A stretch of 63,680 nucleotides of DNA, counting the filler, from Lenisia limosa (lineage: Eukaryota; Protista; Breviatea), in the NCBI GenBank assembly GCA_001655205.1. It is 16 parts of 16 records of this genome, joined end to end, with 100 filler letters (N's around TTAATTAATTAA, not from the genome) between each part and the next. Parts side by side here need not be neighbours in the genome. Positions count along the whole stretch, not along the records: positions 36,848 to 41,064 come from LPNZ01008974.1; positions 41,165 to 42,556 come from LPNZ01008658.1; positions 42,657 to 45,848 come from LPNZ01002228.1; positions 45,949 to 51,162 come from LPNZ01007270.1; positions 51,263 to 55,115 come from LPNZ01004021.1; 11 more parts are not named here. The stretch is one strand, 5' to 3'. Positions within the stretch are counted from its first letter, which is position 1, and each line of letters starts with the position of its first letter. Under the pieces are notes generated by a model. The model was given only the letters and a program-made list of their open reading frames with translations. It had not been told where the DNA came from and made no database searches. Positions 39,033-51,350 of this stretch are shown piece after piece. The position numbers and the translations under genes were made by a program.

Positions 39033-41030
39033 GCAGAGGAAGATAGTCAGGAATCTCGGCGAAGCAGGTCATGGCGGACTTGACGTCACCCTTCTTGTGG
39101 ATGTTTCTAAACACAGTCTGGAACCAGTTGCCGAGATCCTTGTCTATAATACATCAGATTACCACCACCTTTCAAGATAACTCTGGAATAAAAAGAAAAC
39201 AAATATTTTCATTATAAAGGCCTACTCTTGCCCTTCGTCAGTGCCTTTGAGGAGAAGTACCGCGGCCTTCTTAGCTCGATGAGTTGATCAAAGTCGGTGA
39301 TGTTCATGTCCTTGTACACAGTACGGGCGATGGTGTCAACATGAGCACAGGACCCAGGGTCGTTATCCTGGAGCTGAAATGTGAACCATCAATAGTTATT
39401 GAATTACAATGTGTATTTCAAGTAACCTTTCCAGTCTTGAGTTGTTCCACTCATTATGACAAAAACAAAGATACCCACTGGTACAATTTGACTATATCTC
39501 GGCAGCGTGACCAAAAAGTGTCTTAGGTAGTGCCTGTTTTAAAAACGTAACATCTTCTCTCAGTCTCCTGTGTGTTATTAAAATAACTATCCTATATTGT
39601 TAACAAAATGGATATGGAAAACGTTTGTAACAAAATGCCCGTGATCATCATTTTCTTCACTAGACCATTGGTAAAATTGGTGCAAAGTGTGAAAAAGACG
39701 GTCAAAGGTTAAATCTCAACAAGAATATAACGACAAAATACCATGGCGAGGCTTGTCAACGGTAACTCTGGGAATCCTTCGAGTTCTTGCTAAGAGTGTA
39801 AATATAGGTCAAAAAGGTAATGGAGGAAATGCATAAAGTGAGACATTAGAGGAAAATACAACAAACCTTGAGGCTTCCTTGTCACTTTACGTTGCTTTTG
39901 GAGGTTTTCAGCTTCGACTTCTATACCATGAGACAGGAACTAAACAACAACCAAAAAAAGTAACTACAACCACATACCTGCAATAATTGCCTCTTCTAGT
40001 TGACGGCCCCTCTCGGTCTCAGCAGCCTCCACTTCCTGGAGAAGCCTGGCCTTGTAGTGGTCAATAGTCGACGGGGTGATATCAACGCGCTTCTTTTTGG
40101 GAGAAGTTGTTTCATAGATTGTCACCAGGACAAACTTGACGCAGTTGCAGTTGGCCCAAGGGAGGGTGTCACGGTTGGCAAGGAAACGCTCGACTAGAAG
40201 CGGTGAGTTGGTCACGGTACTTTACAACTTCTACCCAAGCGTCCGTGGCAACGGCAGCGTCCTCATTCTCCTTGGCAGTCTCAATCAAGGAAATGAGTTC
40301 GGGGGTGTTAAGGATGAATAAAGTGCTGTTCTGGTAGGTGGCAGGGTGGCTTTAGTGAAATGAATTGTCCCAGGAAGATGAATGGCAAGGCGGGAAGGAT
40401 CAACTGAGAGACCGCTATCAACGGTGATAACAAGGCCTGCAGCGAAAGCACTTTTGATCTTTTGCGGGGATGAGGCAGTATGGAAGGCTTCCAAACATGC
40501 GGAAATGGCAACACAATGGTTGTGAGCGGCATTGGAAATCATAAGGGGCTTTCTTGATGAGGTTGGTGCGGAGGGTGGAGTGGAGGATGGTCTTGAGAAC
40601 GCCAAAGGTGCGGAGATCAAGGTGGCTTGGGAGGTATGATGTGAGGAGAAAGTAACGAAGTAGGGCAGGGGCATATCTTGACAGGTGACCGTCAAGAATA
40701 AGAAGTGCAGGAGCATCGGAGGGGAGGCCAAGCTTTTCGTGACAGCAGGCACGAAGACGTCAAATCTCCAGGCAGTGAAAGATACCAAGTTCTAATACAA
40801 TAAAGAGAAACAATAATAATAGTAATCATTCTACACAATAAAGAGCAAACTCTCACAAATGCAAAAAAAGGTACAATAGCACTATAATCCACAATTGTCA
40901 TACCTGCCATCCATTGGGGGTGTGATAGGCCTTGGCACCATACTCTTTGAGGATGGCCTCTTCTTCTCTGACAGTCTTCTGGTTTACAAGAAACACAGGA
41001 GGGACTTGAACAGGACCAGTGCTACATAAG
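39033..41030 (-). mobile_element. pogo-family DDE_1 transposase copy 3 (intron-containing; N-terminus lost at the contig break; possible long C-terminal extension)
   Basis: KSPPVFLVNQKTVREEEAILKEYGAKAYHTPNGWQ|NLVSF...KLGLPSDAPALLILDGHLSRY...HLDLRTFGVLK...FLANRDTLPW...ITPSTIDHYKARLLQE; one frameshift near 40735. The exons at 39033-39930 are attached by inference. Confidence 0.85.
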
Positions 41031-41164
41031 TGATAAAGGATTTCAGCAGCCCCCCCCCCCAACANNNNNNNNNNNNNNNNNNNNNNNNNNNNNNNNNNNN
41101 NNNNNNNNTTAATTAATTAANNNNNNNNNNNNNNNNNNNNNNNNNNNNNNNNNNNNNNNNNNNN

Positions 41165-42470
41165 GTAGCATTCCCCGTCGATAACCAAACCCGACCTTTC
41201 TGGGTGGCGTTTTTATTAACCATTCCAAGATCGTTGCCAAGCTATATTATCCAATATTGTCTCACATTACCTCACATTATCTAATTCTCAAAACAGTGTT
41301 GATTATTACCCCACATTCGATCATAAAACTGCAAATATATGCCAATAATATTGAAAACCCGACCTTTTTGGGTGACCTTTTCCCCGGCCTGGGCGGCATT
41401 TTTATTGATAACCATCCCAAGGTCGTTGACCAGCTGCATGATAAGNNNNNNNNNNNNNNNNNNNNNNNNNNNNNNNNNNNNNNNNNNNNNNNNNNNNNNN
41501 NNNNNNNNNNNNNNNNNNNNNNNNNNNNNNNNNNNNNNNNNNNNNNNNNNNNNNNNNNNNNNNNNNNNNNNNNNNNNNNNNNNNNNNNNNNNNNNNNNNN
41601 NNNNNNNNNNNNNNNNNNNNNNNNNNNNNNNNNNNNNNNNNNNNNNNNNNNNNNNNNNNNNNNNNGAACAAAAAAGCCCAAATCGGAATCAAACCTGTTG
41701 ACTAGCATTGAAACAATACAAGGGTAAAGAACAACAATACAAACAAAGCCCAGCCGGTCGTTTCTGTAGTACCGGGGTGAAAGGGCTATAATGGTAGGTC
41801 TGTTATAGGTCTAAGTCTGTAATGACAGGTCTGTGATAGGTCTGTGACAGGGGAGTGATAGGGAATAATCGTAAAAAATATGATAAAAAAAAAGTGATTA
41901 CGAGAGAAAAAAAAGAAATACTATTAGCCCCCCCTCTCCACCTTCAAATTGACAGTTCTTGAACATACACGCCAGACCCGTGTCCTTCTAGTGGGGTCAG
42001 TCACAATATGAAAAAAAAAAAAAGGNNNNNNNNNNNNNNNNNNNNNNNNNNNNNNNNNNNNNNNNNNNNNNNNNNNNNNNNNNNNNNNNNNNNNNNNNNN
42101 NNNNNNNNNNNNNNNNNNNNNNNNNNNNNNNNNNNNNNNNNNNNNNNNNNNNNNNNNNNNNNNNNNNNNNNNNNNNCCATTTTGAACAAAATTGACAATA
42201 AAACATTCAAAAAATAAATAGGCCGGATTTGATTGATATGGCGTAATATTCTTAGGCTACCTTACTAGAATGAGAAGCTAACCACCTTACAGTCACACTC
42301 ATGTGTATTTGATAATCCATACGAATCCCCAAACCCCCCTCAAACGTTCATAAGGCTCTCCGCATGGTCCTCGAGCATTTCCTTCTGGACGATCTTGATG
42401 ATCTTGGGCAGGGAGTCACGATGGAGGTAATTTGTCACGCGTGCAGTCTCGTTATCAAGAGCTTTTTGAA
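41165..42470 (-). CDS. Unidentified gene fragment with duplicated short exons
   Basis: LVNDLGMVINKNAAQAGEKVTQK|gt (41357-41436) and LGNDLGMVNKNATQK|gt (41190-41235); upstream exons QVQKALDNETAR and DSLPKIIKIVQRK. Confidence 0.45.
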
Positions 42471-42656
42471 CCTGGGATGTTACTACTCCACAGAAACACC
42501 CCCATCAATAATATCTAAACTACATAATTATGTGTTCCTCCAACCCCCCCCCCCCCNNNNNNNNNNNNNNNNNNNNNNNNNNNNNNNNNNNNNNNNNNNN
42601 TTAATTAATTAANNNNNNNNNNNNNNNNNNNNNNNNNNNNNNNNNNNNNNNNNNNN

Positions 42657-45577
42657 GAGTCAACATCGTGTTGATCAAAGGTTAGAGAGGCCCGGGCCTA
42701 CATCTACAGACGCAGGTGTTATATATGATTATGTACATGTATATAGCACTGCACTCGATGTTGCATGTATTAGATAACACAGTGAGAGAAGTGGTTAATC
42801 ACCAAATATTTTGTTTATTTGTCTTTATATGTTTCCCCTCCTCTTGGTCGGTTTGCTGCGTCGTAATTCATACTGTGAAGATTACCTGAAATGGAATAGT
42901 TTCTATCTTGACAAATTGACCAACCCTCCCGATCCTCTTACTATCTAGCCAAAGCAGCGTCCCCTGCCTCGTCTTCTGAGACATCATCACAAGAACCCCC
43001 GCCCCCTCCAGGTGCACATGGCTCCACTTCGGTTCAAAATAAAAACTTAATTTCTTGACAAATTTTCGTTATTATTGATCTTTTTTGGACCGAAGTGAAC
43101 TTGGTCCACTGTGTTTTTTCAAGTGCTTTTTGTTTTTGTTTCATAAATTTTCCAATTTTGTACTCCTCCCCAGGACNNNNNNNNNNNNNNNNNNNNNNNN
43201 NNNNNNNNNNNNNNNNNNNNNNNNNNNNNNNNNNNNNNNNNNNNNNNNNNNNNNNNNNNNNNNNNNNNNNNNNNNNNNNNNNNNNNNNNNNNNNNNNNNN
43301 NNNNCCGGTTTCGGATAAGAACATCGTTCAAACTCCTGCTGTGGGTTGGTCTGGTGATGTGTACGTCTATGTGGATAGTATGCCTTGAAATTCCCCATCT
43401 CTACCACATGATATTCTCATCTCTACAGATACTAGCAATATTTTATACAATATAAATATGCATATGACATATCGTGATAAGTCAGGCTTCCCTACTGTCC
43501 GAAAAAGACCGTAAAATATCGATATTTATCGAGGATTTATCGAGAAATTCTGTATTTTGCCCAAGTGATAAGTCTTGACGGGTTCTTTCTATCAAATCAC
43601 ATGATCCCCTCTTACTTTTCAGGAAAATGAGGATGAATCAAGTTCGAGTGATGATGATGAGGATGCTGCCATTGTGGTGCGTTGTGTACCTTTTGGGTGA
43701 CCCTTTTTTTTTGGGTGGTATTTTTTTGAGGTTACTTTTTTACGTTATTAATTTTTCAGCCCAAGCTTCAAGATATGAAAATCGGTGAGCGGATGAGGCT
43801 ATGATGTCGCACATTTTGTTTTTGGGCAAGAAATAGTACAATAATAATCTTAGAAACAAATAAATACCTTGGGATCAATTATTTATCCAAAATTCAAGCA
43901 GCATGGTTATAATATTCATGTTGAAAAGCATCTGAAGGAGGAATACCTTCCTACTGATATGGTGATTTATAAATTATTCAGTAAAATGTTATTATTTCAT
44001 ATTCGACATGATGGAAAAAACAACTTACTCTGATAATAACGTATATATGTATACTACCAGAAATTTCATTCCTCCATTGCCTCACCTAATGTTTTCCTCA
44101 GACGCCGTGCCTCTTGAAGTGCCTAAGCCTGGTGAAAAGGTCCAATTCAATGCTTTCGAGGTTTGTTATCCTTACTATAATACAATATAGTATATTATAT
44201 CATATCTTTTAAGCATGATGTTGTGGACGACTTTGGCCGTTGTTTTATGCTTTGATATGAACATATCGATATAAGATAGCAATATTATACGATATCTATG
44301 GTATATTTAAAATAAAGGTAAACATGAGCTCTCTTCAAGCTCTTCAGGATTGTAATTGTTGTCAGAAGAGGTAGATATTATCCTATTTTGATGAGATTAA
44401 AGGATTTCTTGTCTCAATTTATAATGTGTATATCAAATTAACTATGTGTAGTGGAGTGAGGTGTTCCACTCCGAAAGAGACAACGTTGCCTGTGAGATTT
44501 TGACTACCGAGATTTCCTATGTCACCGCCCTCGGGGACTGTATCGCCGTGAGGGGAGGAGATCTGTTAAACAAAAAAAAACTATTGTTTTACATTCATAT
44601 TTTGAGAATGTGGGTAGATCAATTAATCCTCACCTACTATTAATCATTGTTTACTTCTTTGAAAACGAAAAAGGTCTTCTTATACACTGACCGCGATAAG
44701 TCCTGACACGATTGACTAAAGATAACACTCTATATCTGTACCAGGACTTTTTGCGGCCAGTTTACTGACCAGGATAGTCCTTGCCGATTTGTTATGATTT
44801 CCCAAAGAAAATTGGTCAAGATTAATCCCAGTGTACATATCAAATCTGTTAAATATACAGTGACTGGGATATTCTTGACCGATTTTCCTTGAGTGTAGCA
44901 AATCGGTCAAGACTTTTCCAGGTCACTGTAGTTTCAAGTCTGGAATTGAAGAAGATGGATCGCATTATTCACCCTTTCCAGAACTACCTCCGCCCGTTGG
45001 CCGCCAATCAAAGTCTCTCGTAAGGAATTATGGGGAGGGAGGGGGTTGGTGACGAATTGAGTCATAGTCTCTGTACGTGTGGTATCTGTAATAGCGTCAT
45101 ATTTTATTGAAACGACAGTATTTTCAAGTTTTATGCTTATATTATCATGATCCTTTTCGTCGACGCTTCAATAAAGATAATTCTGTTCTTTTCAAGATAT
45201 TCAGTATTTGCTAATTGTCAAATTAATTCCAACTCTCATGATATGCTACCTCAGTATGAGCTAATTAATATTTCATCAAGCTTCAACACTCCTCTCAACA
45301 GATTCACTCCACCCCCCTTTTATGCCCGGCCATAGCTGATTTTGGGCTTCAATGTTTACAAACTTTCCAGGGCTTTGTCTCTTTTGTTGTTTTCAGCCCT
45401 CGTGTGTGTTGTCGGCAGAGTTGGTTTTGGGCTTTTTATTGCTTCATAAATTTTCCAATTTCACCCCCCGCTCCCCAGAGGCGACCAGGCTTCGACTCTC
45501 TTCAGTAACATCGAGGAAATCCACTCGATCAACGCTGAACTGCTCTCTCAGCTCCATCACAGGATCCTTACCTGGAA
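42657..45577 (+). CDS. RhoGEF (Dbl-homology domain) protein, partial
   Basis: SERDNVACEILTTEISYVTAL, NYLRPL and STLFSNIEEIHSINAELLSQLHHRILTW are DH-domain motifs, preceded by acidic/Pro-rich exons. Confidence 0.88.
44858..44928. mobile_element. Tc1/mariner-type MITE (CAGTG TIR, TA TSD); related copies at 44686-44835, 18050-18165 and 43565-43590
   Basis: TA|CAGTGACTGGGATATTCTTGACC...GGTCAAGACTTTTCCAGGTCACTG|TA. Confidence 0.85.
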
Positions 45578-46013
45578 GTATGGGGGGCTAATTGTGTGTG
45601 ATCATTAAATCCACCTGAAAATATGGGGGGGTGAAGTTATGGTGTAAAGCATATGATGGGGAGTGATGTGATTGTGTTTGATCATTCACTCTACCTGAAA
45701 ATAGAGAGGTCGGGTCTTTGGAAACTGTCCCTTTTACTGTGACAACTTATTTCACATCATATGCTTCTATGCATTTAGAAAGCTGTGTGTACAGAGTTTT
45801 GAAGCAAATGATTGGGTGAAGTACTGTTATATAATTTAATATCTCATANNNNNNNNNNNNNNNNNNNNNNNNNNNNNNNNNNNNNNNNNNNNTTAATTAA
45901 TTAANNNNNNNNNNNNNNNNNNNNNNNNNNNNNNNNNNNNNNNNNNNNCCTACATGACTGAGAAGCCGAAAGTTATCATCACGATGGATAAACGAGTGGG
46001 GGTGGGGTGTAAG

Positions 46014-46112
46014 TAGGGCTTCACTTCGGTTCGAAAAAAGACGGAATTTCTCGATAAATCCTCGAAAACTACCGATAGTTTACCGGTATTTTTCGAGCCG
46101 AATGAAGCCCAA
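46014..46112. mobile_element. hAT-type MITE copy
   Basis: TAGGGCTTCACTTCGGTTCGAAAAAAGAC...CGAGCCGAATGAAGCCCAA. Confidence 0.85.
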
Positions 46113-46224
46113 GGGGTGAGGCATCTCACTTGAGTGCGAATCTCATATTAAGGGGTGGTGGGTTTTGTATATAGCTATCTATTGTATGCTGAGGAGGCAA
46201 GCAGAAAGCTGGTGCACAGAGTTG

Positions 46225-46325
46225 TTAGGCAAATGATTGGGTGAATTATTATTATTACAATAATTCAATATCTCTTGTAAGCGTGATGGTGTGGACTTCT
46301 TCGGCCAGATACAACCTTATTTTTT
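46225..46325. repeat. Dispersed repeat (GGCAAATGATTGGGTGAA...AGCGTGATGGTGTGGAC...); copies near 8470, 44212 and 48885-48975, inverted at 46790-46875 and 62830-62890
   Basis: Shared motifs read directly. Confidence 0.75.
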
Positions 46326-46436
46326 ATTTCTCAATGCTAACGTTTCAGATTGTCTCAGCGTACACTTTCACGTTTCAGATTGTCTCAGCATACCTCTTAC
46401 GTTTTAGGATGTCTCAACGTACACCACCCACAAAAA

Positions 46437-49400
46437 ACTTGTTCTCAGTCGATTCAACGATGTGACCTTCACTTTCATGCTCTTCAACGAAACCTCCGAT
46501 ATTACCAGTGGGGGGGGGGGGGGTNNNNNNNNNNNNNNNNNNNNNNNNNNNNNNNNNNNNNNNNNNNNNNNNNNNNNNNNNNNNNNNNNNNNNNNNNNNN
46601 NNNNNNNNNNNNNNNNNNNNNNNNNNNNNNNNNNNNNNNNNNNNNNNNNNNNNNNNNNNNNNNNNNNNNNNNNNNNNNNNNNNNNNNNNNNNNNNNNNNN
46701 NNNNNNNNNNNNNNNNNNNNNNNNNNGATTTATTAATTTGGAGTAAGAAATGGGTTTTTAGGTTTTATATATTTTATTTTTTTTTCATTACACTATCACG
46801 CTTAAAGAGATATTGGATAATAGAATCTGGCCGAAGCCATCACGCTTAAAGAGATATTGCATTATAGTATTGGCTGAAGTCGTCACCTGGCCACAACTCT
46901 CTCCTTTTTTACTTTTGCTCATGATTTTTACCAGAAATTTTTAGTAGGGTTTCACTTCGGTTCGAAAAAGAACACTACAATATCGATAGATTTCGAGGAT
47001 TTATCGAGAAATTCAGTCTTTTTTTCGAGCCGATGTGAAGCACTATTTTTTATTCTCCAGTCAAGGTCACAACATGTTGCGCCTAGACCATGTTCGCATC
47101 CACGCAAACCACATTTTTGTGAACAGTGTCGGAACCGGAAACTCCGTTGTGGTGGGGNNNNNNNNNNNNNNNNNNNNNNNNNNNNNNNNNNNNNNNNNNN
47201 GGGGGGTATTTTTTATTTTGTTTGTTTTCCCCTTTTTATTCTTTTCTCTTTTCTTTTTTTTAGAGGGGGTGGCGGGGTTTTAGTAGTGAGCATACGTGGG
47301 GAGCTGTCCGTAGAGCTTCACTTTCGGTTCCAAAAGACGGATAAAATATCGATATCTATCGAGGATTTATTGAGATTCAGTCTTTCTCTGGAGCCGAAAG
47401 TGAAGCTCTAGTTGTCCTATACGTTCCACAAACATTCAATTGTTAATAGAACAGATCCGTTCGAGCCACTTGTACAACAACAACCAAGCTTCCAAGCCCA
47501 GCATTGAAATGTTTGGGTTCCAGAGAGGTTTGTTGTTCTTTGTTTTTTAAATTGTCCATTTTTACTCCCCCCCCCCTCGCACCAATTTTCCCGAATTTTT
47601 AGGCCACTCGCATGGTGGAGGTTTGACAACAATCTGCCTTTCTCATGGCTATGTAAGGGAGGGGGGGGGTGTTGTTGCTTTCATCGAAATTTCTTTTGTT
47701 TTACTCTCTCCTCTTTTCCAGGACCCAGACTCATACTCCGAAGCCACCTTAGGCCCTGTTAATACCGCCTACTCCCCGACTTGTATCATCAACGCTGACA
47801 CCAAGATGATTTGCGGTGGGTGTGGAACTAGGGATGGTTCAAAAAATGACTGAATTTTTCGATAAATCCTCGAAAACTACCGATACGAACCGAAGTGAAT
47901 CCCTAGGTAGAAAGAAAGAAATTTCGATGATGTGTTGTTAACCAACATAGTTGATTTTGGGCTTTTTTTATTATTATTATTTGTTTCATAAAGTTTCCGA
48001 TTTTACTCGCTGACAATATACAGGGTCAAGCAGTGTTACAGTGTCAGACATCGGTTACCAAGTGTGCGGCTGGAAGAACGTCTAGATCTCCCGCTGTTTC
48101 TGTAGTTGTGTATTAACATTTTTCATTTGATTTCCGCGGCTGTCAGTATCATATGATATCTACCATACAGTATAATTCCACCATTTGCATAACGTTTGAA
48201 AGTATGGTAATCATTTCTGCGTTATAATTATATGATATTCTTGTCATAGATAACAATATCTTTGGCGTGTTGGTGTAGATAGTTTTGGCCGGACAATAAT
48301 CCAATCGTAACGGTGTGACCAGCTTCGCCATTTCCCAATGAATATCTAAAGGAAGCGTCATCTGCCATCGCCACCGTCTTTAAAGGGCATCTGCCAGCCA
48401 CCAAGTGTTTTAAAGGAAGCATTCCAGTCCCAGTCGGTTTCACGGAAGAAAAAGATAGTAAACGAAGAAAGTAACCAAATTAACGAATTATCTTGTTGGT
48501 AATTTTCTTCAATGACTTGTATCACGAGCCCTGACTTTTTTTGGAGGGAATTGCATGTTATATGGAAATACGAAGAAATTTAAGAGATTCCCTTGATTGT
48601 CACTCCCCCTCCCTCAATCACCACCAATATCTTCATCCCCTTGACCNNNNNNNNNNNNNNNNNNNNNNNNNNNNNNNNNNNNNNNNNNNNNNNNNNNNCA
48701 TAAATTATCCAATTTTATCCCCCCCCCCCCTTTCTCAGAGTACGCTTGGATTTGTGACATTTTGTACATTCTTCAAACCAGAACTTTTCACCCTAGTGGC
48801 AGCCGACACTCCGAAGATACGCGACGGTTTCTGACTTTTTATATCTTTTGGCCAATTCAAGGGGAGGTCCAAATTATCGGGGGTAGGCAAATGATTGGGT
48901 GAATATTACACTATAATCCAATATCTCTTATTAGCGTGATGGTGTGGACGGCTTTGGCAGACACAACCCTGTTTTATTTTTTCTCATTGCAAATATTGCA
49001 CTACACAAGGTAGAAGAACAAAACAATACATTAGAAAACCTATACGATATGAAAACATCGAACCGTAACACCTACTAAAACAAGAAAATAATAAATAGAG
49101 ACATGGAGATTACTGCAGCCTAGAAAAGTAAAATAAAGCAGGAAACAGTAACTCAGGGGATTGGTAGGTCTGTGATATGTCAGAAAGCAATGTTTTCAAG
49201 AATTCATTTATCCCCCAGATATTATAATACTATACCTAGGGTTTCACTTAGGTTCGAAAAAGACTGATAAAATATCGGTATTTATCGAAGATTTACCGAG
49301 AAATTCAGTCTTTTCTTGAGCCGAAGTGAAACCCTAACTATTCCCTCAGATAATATAGTACTACACCACCAGATACTATCAAAAGTTATCATCAAATATT

Positions 49401-50510
49401 ATTCATATATATGTACGTGTAACACTATTACACATAATCATGCCTCCACCCGATATAATACTATAATACGTATACGTAATCTAGAGCTTCACTTCGGTTC
49501 GAAAAAGACCAGTAAATATCGATAGTTTTCAAGGATTTATCGAGAAATTCAATCTTTTTTTGAACCGAAGTGAAGCCTCCTACTCATTGCTGTATGCATA
49601 TATATAGCCAAATCAAAAAATATAACACGGATCCTCAGATCGCTACGTTCGGAACCATATCAAAAAGGTTGCATTTTTTGTGAACCATAATGAAAAAATG
49701 AATCATTATATGAAATGCCCTTGCTCACACCCCAGGTTTGTCAGCCTCATTGCTGCCGTAGCACATGACTACAAGCACCCAGGTTGGGTAAACGGAGATG
49801 CATTCTAATTCGGGCTTCCCTACGGTCCCAAAAAAGACCGAATTTCTCGATAAATCCTCGATAAATATCGATATTTTACCGGTCTTTTCTGTAGGGAAGC
49901 CCTAATTTTAATACTCTATCAAGCGTTCATGTCCTCTTACATATTATCTGATATACAGTGACCGGGAGAGGTCTTGACCGATTAGCCATTTGATTTCCAA
50001 GGAAAATTGGCCAAGACTTATCCCAGTCACTGTATTAGATGATGATGACGTTGTGTCTTAATAGTGGTAAAATAATATATGAAAGAGTGTTTTTGGCATT
50101 TCATTTGATAATAGCTGTAATCCTGCGAGTACCAAGATATCTAACTGTTTAGGTGTGAATAACGCCTTTTTGGAGAACACCAATGATCTGATTGCGCTCA
50201 CCTACAACAACATTTCGGTGGGGGGTGGCATTGTCAATAAGGCTTCACTTCGGTTCGAAAAACACCGGTGAAATATCGAGGATTTTCGAGGATTTATCGA
50301 GCAATTAAAAAAACCGAAGTGAAGCCCTAGATTATCAAGCTTTATCTTTGAACCAGTTTCCACTGTTTGTTATCAACCAATAGAGTTGATTTTGGGCATT
50401 TTTTTTGTTAACACCAACAGCCTCTGGAGAACCACCATGCGTCAACCAGCTGGCGATTGGTCATTGACCCCCTGTACAACTTCATTGAGGACCTCCCTGC
50501 GAACCAGTTG
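46437..50510 (+). CDS. Class I cyclic-nucleotide phosphodiesterase with an unidentified N-terminal region, partial
   Basis: FVSLIAAVAHDYKHP|GVNNAFLENTNDLIALTYNNIS|PLENHHA is the PDEase_I HD motif (49737-50508). Three upstream exons (46437-47812) splice in frame with each other; their link to the PDE exons is inferred. Confidence 0.88.
46945..47045. mobile_element. hAT-type MITE copy
   Basis: TAGGGTTTCACTTCGGTTCG...CGAGCCGATGTGAAGCACTA. Confidence 0.85.
47311..47410. mobile_element. hAT-type MITE copy
   Basis: TAGAGCTTCAC...GTGAAGCTCTA; flanks GCTGTCCG/GTTGTCCT. Confidence 0.85.
47829..47905. mobile_element. hAT-type MITE copy (shortened)
   Basis: TAGGGATGGTTCAAAAAA...GAACCGAAGTGAATCCCTA. 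Confidence 0.75.
49237..49336. mobile_element. hAT-type MITE copy
   Basis: TAGGG...CCCTA; TSD ACTATACC/ACTATTCC. Confidence 0.9.
49482..49579. mobile_element. hAT-type MITE copy
   Basis: TAGAGCTTCACTTCGGTTCGAAAAAGAC...GAACCGAAGTGAAGCCTC. Confidence 0.85.
49810..49904. mobile_element. hAT-type MITE copy, subfamily with GGGCTTCCCTACGGTCC TIR
   Basis: TSD ATTCTAAT/ATTTTAAT. Confidence 0.85.
49956..50032. mobile_element. Tc1/mariner-type MITE
   Basis: TA|CAGTGACCGGGAGAGGTCTTGACC...GGCCAAGACTTATCCCAGTCACTG|TA. Confidence 0.88.
50238..50329. mobile_element. hAT-type MITE copy
   Basis: TAAGGCTTCACTTCGGTTCG...AACCGAAGTGAAGCCCTA. Confidence 0.85.
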
Positions 50511-50773
50511 GGGGGGGGGGGATGAATGGCGTATGTGTTAACTTATATTCACGAGTGATATGGTCATATGACCGACCTTCAAGTCGAAATGATGAACGAA
50601 GATACCATGAGGGTTCATCCCGAGTGTATCAGAGTATCATTGAGACTTGTCGGTCAAATATCATATGAGTGGATGTGAGGTATCATATCACTGCGTGGAA
50701 AATGATAGTTCACACGTGTGAAAATGATCCAAAAAGTGATTGATGAATGGTTGCGTAAATATACTCTCAGGAA

Positions 50774-50873
50774 TAGGGCTTCACTTCGGTTCAAAAAACT
50801 AGTAAAAAATATCGATAATGTTCAAAGATTTATCGACAACTTCAGTCTTTTTCCGAACCGAAGGTAAGCCCTA
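50774..50873. mobile_element. hAT-type MITE copy
   Basis: TSD CTCAGGAA/GTCAGGAA. Confidence 0.9.
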
Positions 50874-51350
50874 GTCAGGAACCGAATAATGAGGCTAATA
50901 TGGCCTATCTAACTCATTAACATTGGACATGATAATGACTGAAGCGGTATGGCTTCCTCCCACTGACACCAGCATATGTAGCTGACTTTTTAGACGAACT
51001 GAAATCAGGAGTCGATTTGTGAGTCTCATTCTAGCTACTGACATGAAAATGTGAGTTCATTTGTGGACTTTATTCTGTTGAGTCCAACCATATTTGATTT
51101 CCGGTTTCACTCCTTCGTGTTGCTTATTTATTCTGGTCAAACCACTTTCGTTACCCCCTCCCNNNNNNNNNNNNNNNNNNNNNNNNNNNNNNNNNNNNNN
51201 NNNNNNTTAATTAATTAANNNNNNNNNNNNNNNNNNNNNNNNNNNNNNNNNNNNNNNNNNNNGGCCAGATACATCCTTATTTTTTTTATTTCTCATTGCT
51301 ATAATGTTATTATTGACATATTATTTGACACCATCTCTGGTTACGTACAG

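Noticed and set aside
48149-48443. Nested antisense gene in a PDE intron
   Set aside because: Short ORFs on both strands with no recognisable motif or splice support.
42657-50510. RhoGEF-PDE fusion gene
   Set aside because: The DH and PDE exons are on different contigs separated by an artificial linker, and the DH domain is incomplete at the break.
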